DNA of 32,000 nt. Origin: Candidatus Nanobsidianus stetteri (lineage in GTDB: Archaea > Nanobdellota > Nanobdellia > Nanobdellales > Nanobdellaceae). Numbering within the stretch: the stretch's first letter is position 1; each line of letters starts with the position of its first letter. This document shows, piece by piece, positions 8,135 to 17,463 of this stretch. The notes under the pieces were generated by a model. That model was not told the origin of the DNA. It did not search any database and was given only the letters and a program-made list of their open reading frames with translations. The translations under genes were made by a program, and so were the position numbers. The stretch spans positions 90,001 through 122,000 of the forward strand of contig APJZ01000002.1 of NCBI GenBank assembly GCA_000387965.1, written 5' to 3'.

Positions 8135-9486
8135 TTTAGATATTTTCCAATTAATGGTATTAAATATAACGCATCTACTCTCTTCAAATCATTATATATC
8201 TGTCCAGCTATTACTATTAATAATAATATGCTTACTCCAGATACTGCAGAACTCAATATATCACCCAAAGATGCTAGTAGTCCCATTAAAAATCCAGATA
8301 AATATCCTATAGGATCTATATATTTTTTTAACATATCTTCTACAATTCTTGGATCTCTAGTATATAATGGAGAATTTGGATTACTTGTTAAATAATTTGC
8401 CAAATTTTTTGGATCTAAACCTGTAGCATATATCCAGAATTTAGATATAAACATACCTCCGATTGTAAATAATAGAAAATAGAATATTATATGAAATATA
8501 TTGAATGGTACGTATAAGTAATCAATTCCAAACTGTCCAATATTTATTATTATATTTGGAGGAGATAATAATTGAACAATTGGATTATTTGGATTGAAAC
8601 CAAATAAAGATTGCAACTCAATTATTAATGCATAAATAAATATTGCAGGAATTACAGAAGTATATAATAATTGTATTGGATATTTAATAATTTCTCCATT
8701 AATATTTAAATATAATAATGGAACTTCTATCTTTAGTGATTGTAAATATACTGCAAATATTAATATTCCAATTGTAACCATTGCAGCAAATAAAAATGCA
8801 AGACCTAAATTAATATTTCCCTGTGATAAATATAAAATTCCTTCTGGTATATAACCTGTTGGTTGTGCAAATAAACTTGGTGAACTAGATGGAGGAGAAA
8901 GAGGATTGAATAATCTCAAAGCTAATGCGATACTTATTGTAGTTAAAATAATAATATTTATTCCAGATGTAATTCCATATTTATATGAAAAATCATCTAA
9001 TAATAATATAATAAGGCCTCCAATGAATAATTGTAAAAATAAAATAATATATAAAATTATCGGATTTATTCCTAAAAATATGTTTGGTGATATATTTCCA
9101 CTTACAATTAAAATTATACTTTCTATTATAATAAATATTATTGCAATAAATCTTGCATAATTATCAAATTTTGTTTTTCCTTCATCAGTATTTATATCAA
9201 TATTTATTATTCCAAGACCAACTAATAATTGCATAAAAATTCCAGCAACAACTACTGGAGCAATTCCAACACTCGCTAAGGTTCCTAAATTTGATCCAAA
9301 TAACCATAAAAATTGTTCTAGTCTTGCAGAAACTTCTGGAGAAATTCCAAATAAAGGTATTGATGCTAGAACGGTATATAATGCAATTACTAATAATGTA
9401 TTATATACCCTTTCCCTTAAAGATAATAATTTTTTCGGTTCTTCAACAGTTGGTAAGTATGAGACTATTTTATCTATTATGTTCAT
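8131..9486 (-). CDS. secY: Preprotein translocase subunit SecY
   Basis: 451-aa polytopic membrane protein. The N-terminus is ..LPTVEEP...LRERVYNTLLVIALYTVLASIPLFGI, followed by ten-helix-like hydrophobic periodicity. ATGA overlap with the downstream gene. Confidence 0.92.
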   Translation of the reverse strand: MNIIDKIVSYLPTVEEPKKLLSLRERVYNTLLVIALYTVLASIPLFGISPEVSARLEQFLWLFGSNLGTLASVGIAPVVVAGIFMQLLVGLGIINIDINTDEGKTKFDNYARFIAIIFIIIESIILIVSGNISPNIFLGINPIILYIILFLQLFIGGLIILLLDDFSYKYGITSGINIIILTTISIALALRLFNPLSPPSSSPSLFAQPTGYIPEGILYLSQGNINLGLAFLFAAMVTIGILIFAVYLQSLKIEVPLLYLNINGEIIKYPIQLLYTSVIPAIFIYALIIELQSLFGFNPNNPIVQLLSPPNIIINIGQFGIDYLYVPFNIFHIIFYFLLFTIGGMFISKFWIYATGLDPKNLANYLTSNPNSPLYTRDPRIVEDMLKKYIDPIGYLSGFLMGLLASLGDILSSAVSGVSILLLIVIAGQIYNDLKRVDALYLIPLIGKYLK

Positions 9487-9518
9487 AAATAAAACTAATT
9501 AAAAACATTTTTAAATTA

Positions 9519-11579
9519 TTAATCAGCTTTTTCTCCAGAAAAGGTTTCTTGCCTTTTACTTGTCCCTCCGAGATCTATTGGTAATTGTGAGAATATTGAA
9601 ACAGAATATGGGGAATATCTTGTATATTGAATATAATCTGGAATTACTTGTGCTCCTCCGGATGGAAACATTGTAGCAAATTGAGCCGGAATATTTCCAT
9701 TTATATCATAAGGTCCGGCACCTGCTAATAAATTATAGTATTCATTTCCATACATTTTATGAAATTCGTTACGATAAAATCCGCCAGGTTCATGTACAAT
9801 TGTTACTTTTTTATTTTCTAATATATCCCTGAGTTTTTCTAATTCTGATGCAATAATATCATCCCAGCCCATTCCCAATGGTAAATGTACATCTTCTCCA
9901 GCTTGTGTTTCATGGACATGTAAATGTCTAATTTCTGGTTTAATTTCTTCAACCCATTTTAATATATCTTCCTTATTATATCCATATTTTTCAAACATTT
10001 TTATATGTCCAACATCTAATGTAGCTCCTATTCTTTCTTTAACAAATTCATCTACACTACCATATTTTTTCTCAATTTCATTTTTAAAATCAGGATATTT
10101 TTCCATATAATCTTCTAATACCTTTTTTACTTCTTCCCTTATATTATTTAATAATCTTTTCCATATATCTGGTCTTGTAGCAGGTGCTCCTGGATATGAT
10201 TCTTCAATATTTATATAACTTAGATATTTATCAAAATCTTTATACCAATCTGGATTTCTACTTATTTCCCTTTCAATTAGCATTCTAATTCCTTCAGCTA
10301 TTACTTCTGGAGCTGTTTTTATTGCAACTTCTTGATATGGTTTTACGATTGGAATTGGAAATTCAGAAAATACAGTATTTTTTAGTTGTTGTAATAAGTT
10401 ACCTGTGTTTGATATAGATGAACTTATATCATTCATAAAATCAAATATTTTATCTGTATAATAATCTCTATATGCAGGACTATCATTATTTTGTACAATC
10501 TCTTTGGCAAATTTTGATATTTCATATTCATATTTTTCTATTTTCTTCAAATTTTCTTCAAGATACTGTTTATATTGTGATATTCTATTTCTTGCAGAAT
10601 CTCTTAATCTTTCATCTGCAATATCATTTATATTATCCCATATTGCATCAATATATTCTTTTACTTTTTCTAAAAATAATCTATATCTTTTTAGATCGTA
10701 TAAAAATTCTCCTATTTTTTCTCGATCTACAGAACTATATCCAAAATAGGCTATTAAGTAGTTGTTATTTAATAATCTTTTTATTGCATTATAATCTCTA
10801 TCAATATCATTAAATATATTCATCCAAACCTTTTCATTTGCTTTATAAAGTTCATCAATAGCAGAAACATATTTTTTTGCTTCTTCTATAGCACCAGATA
10901 AATATTTTGCAGGTAAAACAGATCCTATATATTCGTAATTTCCATTTAAATGAACATATGCAGCTTCTTGTTTTGCAAAAGCCCATGATGGTACATTTCT
11001 TTCTAGTGTTTCTTTATCAATATTATTTCTAATTAATTCATTATATTGTTCTGATGTTATATATCCTAATTTATATAATTTTTCTGCAAAAGATTTTCTA
11101 AATTCTTGATTATTTAATAATTCTTTTTTTAAATTTTCTTCGAAATCTTTATCCCATTCTGTTAGTGTAAGATCTCCAGCATGCATATTTACTTTAATCG
11201 GTTCTCCATAAATTTTTGACATTATTTCTGCACTTTCTAATATTACTGATGCTTTATAGGCCATTTCTTTCATATTATCTTCTATTATATTTTTGTTTCT
11301 ATCTGTTGCAGGTAATTGAAAATCATTTTCAGGAGCATGAATTGTAACTTCTACATTATTTATTTTTGCATTTCTTGCAATTTCTTCGAATATTTGTCTT
11401 GGTATATTTACCCATCCTTTTTCTCCAGAAAAAGTATATGTTTGTATTTCTACTCCAGGATATCCGGCAGATATTTTTGACAAATATTGTTGTAATTGAT
11501 TTACGTCTGCAGGATTTGTACTAGTAGATAGACCCCTACTATATAATTCTTTTGGATATTTTTTATCTTCATTATCCAT
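9519..11579 (-). CDS. Endonuclease IV-like / xylose-isomerase-like TIM-barrel metalloprotein interrupted by a ~300-aa helical insert
   Basis: The N-terminal part carries TIHAP and VNMHAG. The C-terminal part carries INIEES, TLDVGH, HLHVHE, GEDVHLPLGMG and IVHEP. These occur in the same order as the Nfo metal-ligand motifs (HxS, HPG, EN, DTCH, HLND, DRH..G.G, ET). Confidence 0.6.
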   Translation of the reverse strand: MDNEDKKYPKELYSRGLSTSTNPADVNQLQQYLSKISAGYPGVEIQTYTFSGEKGWVNIPRQIFEEIARNAKINNVEVTIHAPENDFQLPATDRNKNIIEDNMKEMAYKASVILESAEIMSKIYGEPIKVNMHAGDLTLTEWDKDFEENLKKELLNNQEFRKSFAEKLYKLGYITSEQYNELIRNNIDKETLERNVPSWAFAKQEAAYVHLNGNYEYIGSVLPAKYLSGAIEEAKKYVSAIDELYKANEKVWMNIFNDIDRDYNAIKRLLNNNYLIAYFGYSSVDREKIGEFLYDLKRYRLFLEKVKEYIDAIWDNINDIADERLRDSARNRISQYKQYLEENLKKIEKYEYEISKFAKEIVQNNDSPAYRDYYTDKIFDFMNDISSSISNTGNLLQQLKNTVFSEFPIPIVKPYQEVAIKTAPEVIAEGIRMLIEREISRNPDWYKDFDKYLSYINIEESYPGAPATRPDIWKRLLNNIREEVKKVLEDYMEKYPDFKNEIEKKYGSVDEFVKERIGATLDVGHIKMFEKYGYNKEDILKWVEEIKPEIRHLHVHETQAGEDVHLPLGMGWDDIIASELEKLRDILENKKVTIVHEPGGFYRNEFHKMYGNEYYNLLAGAGPYDINGNIPAQFATMFPSGGAQVIPDYIQYTRYSPYSVSIFSQLPIDLGGTSKRQETFSGEKAD

Positions 11580-11603
11580 TTATATATAAAGGTATTTCCG
11601 AAT

Positions 11604-13292
11604 TTAATAATTTAACATACCGAATGTCTTTTTAAATGTCATATATATTTTCCATGCAGTATCTATTGTTTTTTCCTTTGTTTCTTCAATTATTGATTTT
11701 CTTTCTTCTTCAATGTTTTTCTTTTTTATATTTTTTTCAATACTTGTAATATCTTTGCCAAAAGTTGAAATAATTTTAAGTAACCATATTATAATATTTC
11801 CTAGATTTGGAAATATTAATGAAATACTAGATTCTTTCTTTTCTTCCTTATTTTCTTCCTTTTTATCTTCTTTTTTCTCTTTTTTCTCACTATCCAAATA
11901 TTTCTTTATCCATGCAATACTTGATAATGCTCTCTTTATTCTTTCATCTTTTTCCAATTCTTCTACAAGTTCCTTTGTCCATCTTATTTTATAAGGATCA
12001 TTTTTTATTTCTTCTGATTTTGCATTTGATTTTTCAGCAACTATTTTTAATAGATTTTCATCATTTTTTATTATATCGTATAAAAATGTTTCTAAAATTA
12101 AATCAGACATACTTTTTATATAATCATCTGTTAATCCGGTTATATATGCTAAATCTTCACTTTCTTGATTTATTATTATTGAATCATATTCTTCTTTTTC
12201 AACTAAATATGCTCTAAGTATTATATCAATTCTTCCTAAAAATGAATACATCCTTGTATAAGAATCTGTTCTTCCAACCACAGTTGGTATTGCTCTTGCT
12301 TTCATATCAATTTCATATAAAGGTATATAAGATTTTTCAATTTCTTTTCCCTCTTTTTCATCATATTCTTTTACTTTTATCTCTTTTTGATTTGTTATTA
12401 GTGAAATATTTATAATTGCCGTTTCAAATGCGTTTACAACATCCACAGGTTGATCAGGATTTTGTAATAATTTTCTTGCAAATTTAAAGTATGGTTTTGC
12501 AAATTCAACATAATATAATAATGAGCTTAATTCATGCTTTAAATAGGATTTTAATAAAGTGATTCTATCATATAAAACCTTTTTATTATTTTCAAGCCAA
12601 CTATAAAAATCTATTAATTTATTATTTAAAAAATTATACATTCTTCTATTTATTATTCCTTTATTAAATAATTCATTTAAATCTCTCGGAGCATTATTTT
12701 CTGGATTATTAAATAATGCATTATATAATTCTTCCCCTATTAATTTTTTATTCTTAAGTTTTTCTAATTCAGATTTTAAATCTACTAGAAAAAATAAATC
12801 TACAACACTTGGAAATCTAGACCCCTGTAAATTCCTTAAGGCACCTGCACCTCTATTAGCATCAACATAAAATACCCACCTATCTTTTAGTGCTGTATAA
12901 CTTGCAATAGCTTCATCTTTATTTTTTGATAATAAATTTTCATATAAAACATATATTGAATATAATTGTTTATATTCATTTAAAATGGAAATAATTGTTC
13001 TTGTCAATGTATTAATTAATTCTGCTAAAGATCTTGCATTATTTAATACATTTGCTAATCTTTGTCCCATTTCTCCAAAAAATGCAGATGCAACAGATGA
13101 TGTAAAATCATCGGATAATTTATTAATATCCATTTTTAAACTATCCCTGATAAAGTCTACAAGCCAAAAATATATTTGTTCCATCTTTATATTTGGATTA
13201 TCTAGTATAAGTTTTATTTCTAATATTTTATGTTTATTATCCTCAATGTTTTCATTTCTTAAATCATCAATTTTTATGTTTTGCATATACAA
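11604..13292 (-). CDS. Hypothetical large helical protein with K/E-rich linker and C-terminal hydrophobic helix
   Basis: Long ORF 24 nt upstream of the TIM-barrel gene. The track start 13292 is TTG, and the first ATG is at 13286 (MQNIKIDD...). No family recognised. Confidence 0.6.
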   Translation of the reverse strand: MYMQNIKIDDLRNENIEDNKHKILEIKLILDNPNIKMEQIYFWLVDFIRDSLKMDINKLSDDFTSSVASAFFGEMGQRLANVLNNARSLAELINTLTRTIISILNEYKQLYSIYVLYENLLSKNKDEAIASYTALKDRWVFYVDANRGAGALRNLQGSRFPSVVDLFFLVDLKSELEKLKNKKLIGEELYNALFNNPENNAPRDLNELFNKGIINRRMYNFLNNKLIDFYSWLENNKKVLYDRITLLKSYLKHELSSLLYYVEFAKPYFKFARKLLQNPDQPVDVVNAFETAIINISLITNQKEIKVKEYDEKEGKEIEKSYIPLYEIDMKARAIPTVVGRTDSYTRMYSFLGRIDIILRAYLVEKEEYDSIIINQESEDLAYITGLTDDYIKSMSDLILETFLYDIIKNDENLLKIVAEKSNAKSEEIKNDPYKIRWTKELVEELEKDERIKRALSSIAWIKKYLDSEKKEKKEDKKEENKEEKKESSISLIFPNLGNIIIWLLKIISTFGKDITSIEKNIKKKNIEEERKSIIEETKEKTIDTAWKIYMTFKKTFGMLNY

Positions 13293-13347
13293 TTTAAAAG
13301 ATGTTGGAAAATAAAAATTTTAATATATTAGAAGACACTTATATCTA

Positions 13348-13887
13348 ATGAAGATGAATTTAATAATATTATCAAGCAAAGGATTTGATGAAGATGATCT
13401 CTTTAACTTTTTAGATATATTGGATGGTAGAACATATATTGCTATAAAAAATAGAAAAATTGGAATAGGAAAATATAAAAGTAAAGTATTACCAGATTTT
13501 GATGTACATGAAATATTTTTAATGAGAGAAAATCATTTTGATAGGTTAATATATATTTCTGATGAGGGATATAAAGAATTTTTAAATGTAGACTCACAAG
13601 CAATATTTACAAGATTTATAAATTCATATAGAACAGTCATATTATCTTCTCTATCCCAAATAGCTTTTTTAAAATCAGGTTTATTGGCTGGAAGGACAAT
13701 AACATATAATTATGATGAATATCCACAATATTTAAAATATTTTCCAGATTTTGGAGTAAAATTAGTAACAAATGCGGATTATGTGGTAGATAGAAATTTA
13801 ATAACCGTAAAGGGAAGGGATTCTATATATAATTTGGGGGAAAAATTAAAAGAAATAGAAGAAGAATTAAAAAGAATTACTATTTAA
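13348..13887 (+). CDS. DJ-1/PfpI-fold protein, nucleophile position substituted
   Basis: Collinear with PfpI-type proteins: NLIILSSKGFDEDDL..., then TVILSSLSQIAFLKSGLLAGRTITY versus consensus ..ICHGP..L..AG.L.GR..T.Y, then VVDRNLITVKG. The Cys-His pair is replaced by Ser-Leu. Confidence 0.5.
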   Translation: MKMNLIILSSKGFDEDDLFNFLDILDGRTYIAIKNRKIGIGKYKSKVLPDFDVHEIFLMRENHFDRLIYISDEGYKEFLNVDSQAIFTRFINSYRTVILSSLSQIAFLKSGLLAGRTITYNYDEYPQYLKYFPDFGVKLVTNADYVVDRNLITVKGRDSIYNLGEKLKEIEEELKRITI

Positions 13888-14466
13888 ATTATATTTACCT
13901 AATTCTTTATTAATATAATAAAATCCAATAAATGACAATATTAATAATAATGGAAATATAGATCCTATCATAGATATTCTAAAATATTTATTTATATTTT
14001 GATTATTTAAATGAACAACAATATTGTATAATTTCTTTAATATTAAATAATTTGATATTCCAACAATTACTAAACCAGGATATGTAATAAAAATAGATAT
14101 AAGTATTCCTATATATATCATTGAAAACAAATTATTTGGATAATATTCTTTATTTATTATTTTTTCAATTATTCTAAATATCTTCTTTAAGTATTCTATA
14201 GATATAAAATATGAAATAATAGAAATAATAATTAATATAACTAAAATTGTTCCTAAATTAATTAAATTAAGGAAAATATACAATATTGATAAGGATAAAT
14301 AGGGACTAAATATTAATGAAAATGGACTTATAGTACTATTATATGTAGAGAAAAAAGAAAGAATTATAAGTAATAAATATGATGAAAAACCTAAAATACT
14401 TGATATATATGTAATTTTTGAATAAATATTTAAACTATTTAAGAATTCTGATAAATTTTCATCCAT
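13867..14466 (-). CDS. Hypothetical polytopic membrane protein
   Basis: 199 aa with an ATG start and about five strongly hydrophobic segments. No motif recognised. Confidence 0.45.
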   Translation of the reverse strand: MDENLSEFLNSLNIYSKITYISSILGFSSYLLLIILSFFSTYNSTISPFSLIFSPYLSLSILYIFLNLINLGTILVILIIISIISYFISIEYLKKIFRIIEKIINKEYYPNNLFSMIYIGILISIFITYPGLVIVGISNYLILKKLYNIVVHLNNQNINKYFRISMIGSIFPLLLILSFIGFYYINKELGKYNLNSNSF

Positions 14467-14496
14467 TTTTTATTTTTAAATTTAAATTTTTATAAA

Positions 14497-14580
14497 CGCC
14501 GCGGGTGGGATTTGAACCCACGCCCCCTTTCGGGGATATGGTCTCGAGCCATACCCCTTTGTCCGCTCGGGCACCGCGGC
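14497..14580 (-). tRNA. tRNA-Ser (anticodon CGA)
   Basis: The reverse complement is an 84-nt class II tRNA. Acceptor is GCCGCGG/CCGCGGC. The anticodon arm is TATGG-CTCGAGA-CCATA. The long variable arm is CCCCGAAAGGGGG. The T arm is GTGGG-TTCAAAT-CCCAC. The discriminator is G. Confidence 0.93.
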
Positions 14581-14612
14581 ATATTTATATAATTAATTTT
14601 GATATTTGATAA

Positions 14613-15764
14613 ATGAATGAATATAAAGATATTATAAATATATATGATGCAAATATAAAAGAAGAAAAAGATTATGAAAAATTAATAAAATTCTTTGGTG
14701 TAAAAGAAATTGATGATATCATATTAAATAATTTAAAATATATAACAGGAGATTTACATGTTTTGTTGAGAAGAAAATTTTTTTATGCACATAGAGATTT
14801 TGATATATTATTAAATAAATATAATGAAGGTAAAAGATTTTTCTTATATACTGGAAGAGCACCTTCTAAAAGCAAAATGCATATTGGTCATTTAATTCCA
14901 TTTTTATTAACTAAATGGTTTCAGGAAAAGTTTAATGTAAATGTATATATACAAATTCCAGATGAAGAAAAATATTGGGAAAAAAAGGCAGATAATTATG
15001 AAGAAATAAGAGAATATGCATTGGAAGATGCAAAAACAATAGCTTCTCTTGGATTTGATCCAGATAAAACATTCATATTTATAGATTCTGAATATATAAA
15101 AAATATGTATAAAGCTGCAATTTATGTTGCAAGGGAAATAAATCTAAATACTGCAAAATCTGTTTTTGGATTTGATGATAATTCAACAATTGGTTTACCA
15201 TTTTATATTGCATTGCAAATTGTTCCAACATTTTTTGAAAGAAATATTCCTCTAATTCCTTGTGGAATTGATCAAGATCCATATTTCAGATTACAAAGGG
15301 ATATTGCAGAAAAATTTGGATATTATAAAGCTTCCACAATTTTATCAAAATTTGTATGGGGATTACAGGGTCCATATACAAAAATGAGTGCTTCAGATCC
15401 AAAATCTGCTATATTTATTGATGATGATTATGATACAATAAGATATAAAATATTTAAATATGCATTTTCTGGTGGGAGGGGTACATTAGAAGAACATAGA
15501 AAATATGGAGGAAATCCAGATATTGATGTTTCATATTTCTGGTTATCTGTATTATTTGAGGAGGATGATAATAAATTAAAAGAGATAAGAGAGAAATATA
15601 TAATGGGAGAATTAACAACAGGAGAATTGAAAGAATATACTGCTAAAAAAATATGGGAATTTTTAAGTAATATACAAGAAAGAAGAAAGAATATTAATAT
15701 TGATAAGTTTATGTATGATGGAAGGTTAGCAAGGGAAATGTGGGAATGGGAATTTAGAATATAG
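14613..15764 (+). CDS. trpS: Tryptophanyl-tRNA synthetase (archaeal/eukaryal type)
   Basis: Matching segments are GRAPSKSKMHIGHLIPF (HIGH), IQIPDEEKY, DQDPYFRL and KMSASDPKSAIF (KMSKS-type). Confidence 0.9.
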   Translation: MNEYKDIINIYDANIKEEKDYEKLIKFFGVKEIDDIILNNLKYITGDLHVLLRRKFFYAHRDFDILLNKYNEGKRFFLYTGRAPSKSKMHIGHLIPFLLTKWFQEKFNVNVYIQIPDEEKYWEKKADNYEEIREYALEDAKTIASLGFDPDKTFIFIDSEYIKNMYKAAIYVAREINLNTAKSVFGFDDNSTIGLPFYIALQIVPTFFERNIPLIPCGIDQDPYFRLQRDIAEKFGYYKASTILSKFVWGLQGPYTKMSASDPKSAIFIDDDYDTIRYKIFKYAFSGGRGTLEEHRKYGGNPDIDVSYFWLSVLFEEDDNKLKEIREKYIMGELTTGELKEYTAKKIWEFLSNIQERRKNINIDKFMYDGRLAREMWEWEFRI

Positions 15765-16886
15765 ATGAAAATAAAAGAAAAACCCGAAGATTTTGTTGTT
15801 AAAGAAATAATTGATTTGGATAAAAAGAAAGAGGGAGAAACATTTAGATATTTTTTAATGAGGAAAAGAAATATAAATACAATAAATGCAATTAAAATAA
15901 TTGCAAGAAAATTACATATTTCGAAAAGAAAAATATATTTTGCAGGAGAAAAAGATAAGAATACAATATCAGAACAATATATTGCAATAAGAAATTTTAA
16001 CGATTTTAAAGATGAATATAATTTTGGGAATATATATTTAAAATACGTTGGATCATATGATGAGCCATTAAAGATTTCTGATATAAAATATAATTATTTT
16101 AGAATAACTATAAGAGAATTGAGTAATGAAGAAATTAATATATTTAATAAAAATATAGAAATATTTGATAAATATTATTTTAATTATTTTGATGATCAAA
16201 GATTTGGAAATAGAGGAAATAATTATATAATTGGGAAATATATAATTAAGAGAGATTATGAGAATGCAATAAAAGTATTTTTAACAGATTATGAAAATGA
16301 AAAAAACAAAGATGCAATAAGGGCAAGAAAATTCTTATATGAAAATTGGGGTAAATTTAAAGAGGCATTAAAAATGTTTCCAAATTATTTAGATGTTGAA
16401 AGATCAATATTAAATTATTTATCAAAGGAAGAGAATTATAAAAGAGCATTAAAATATATACCAAAGAGATTATTAAAGATGTTTGTTCATTCATATCAAT
16501 CATATTTATGGAATAAATTATTATCTAATTATATAAAAAATAATTATGGAGAAGAATATTTTATAGAAACAAAAATTGGGAAATTTTATATAATTAAGGA
16601 TAAAAAAGAAATTGAAAAATTAAAAGATATGAAATTTCCATTGCTAGGATATGATATAAAAGATAATAATATATATAAAGATATATTAAGAGAAGAAAGA
16701 ATAGATTATGAAGAATTAAAATTTGAAGATAAACCATCTTTAACATTATTATCAACTGAAAGAGATATACTTTCAGAAATAAAAAATCTAGAATATAATA
16801 TAAATAATAATATTATGATAATTTCTTTTATCTTAGATAAGGGTTCTTTTGCTACAATGTATATAAAACATTTGTTTTCAAAATAG
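15765..16886 (+). CDS. truD: tRNA pseudouridine synthase TruD/Pus7 family
   Basis: The N-terminal PEDFVVKEI, the FAGEKDKNTISEQY catalytic Asp motif, FDDQRFG, and the product size all fit TruD. Confidence 0.85.
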   Translation: MKIKEKPEDFVVKEIIDLDKKKEGETFRYFLMRKRNINTINAIKIIARKLHISKRKIYFAGEKDKNTISEQYIAIRNFNDFKDEYNFGNIYLKYVGSYDEPLKISDIKYNYFRITIRELSNEEINIFNKNIEIFDKYYFNYFDDQRFGNRGNNYIIGKYIIKRDYENAIKVFLTDYENEKNKDAIRARKFLYENWGKFKEALKMFPNYLDVERSILNYLSKEENYKRALKYIPKRLLKMFVHSYQSYLWNKLLSNYIKNNYGEEYFIETKIGKFYIIKDKKEIEKLKDMKFPLLGYDIKDNNIYKDILREERIDYEELKFEDKPSLTLLSTERDILSEIKNLEYNINNNIMIISFILDKGSFATMYIKHLFSK

Positions 16887-16890
16887 AAGA

Positions 16891-17463
16891 ATGATAGAAA
16901 AGGAATATATAGAAAGTCTAAAAGAAAAATTTAGAGAATTTGAAAATAAAAAAGACAAAATAATTGAATTGGGAATAAAATTAAATAGAACATCAAAATC
17001 AATAATATATTCAGTAATAAGAGGCGATATAAAATCTGCAAATGAATATATGGTTGAAATGGATAAATATAAAGAAGAAATAGATAAAATTGTGAGGGAA
17101 GAACCTAGATTATATAATAATGCATTGATAAATTATCAAGAATATGCAGAAGCAAAAATATTCTATAATTTTATATTAAATAATAAAATACCAAAAAATG
17201 ATGAGTTAAATGTTGATGAATATTCATATGTTATGGGATTGATGGATTTTGTTGGAGAATTATATAGAAAATCAATAGAGGAAATGTTAAAGAATAATTT
17301 AGAGTTTGCTGAAAAAGCTAGAGAAATTATATATGAAATATATAAAAATATGTTATATATGGAATTTAAAAATTATGATATAAGGAGAAAGGTAGATTAT
17401 GTCGGAGATATATATAATTTATTAACGGATAAAATATTTATGAGAAAAGTTTCTAGAAAATAA
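16891..17463 (+). CDS. Translin-family protein (COG2178-like)
   Basis: All-helical 190-aa product. YVMGLMDFVGELYR matches the translin Y..GL.D..GEL.R motif. Confidence 0.6.
   Translation: MIEKEYIESLKEKFREFENKKDKIIELGIKLNRTSKSIIYSVIRGDIKSANEYMVEMDKYKEEIDKIVREEPRLYNNALINYQEYAEAKIFYNFILNNKIPKNDELNVDEYSYVMGLMDFVGELYRKSIEEMLKNNLEFAEKAREIIYEIYKNMLYMEFKNYDIRRKVDYVGDIYNLLTDKIFMRKVSRK

Noticed and set aside
11820-11900. A repetitive T/C-rich stretch (ttcttcctt, ttttctc units) that looks like a tandem repeat.
   Set aside because: It is the antisense of the K/E-rich linker (KKEKKEDKKEENKEEKKE) of the 562-aa protein. This is codon-level low complexity, not a structured repeat or CRISPR.
17199-17230. 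ATGATGA followed by TGATGA inside the translin-like CDS.
   Set aside because: There are no CUGA boxes, the spacing is wrong (9 nt), and the site lies within a well-supported coding frame.
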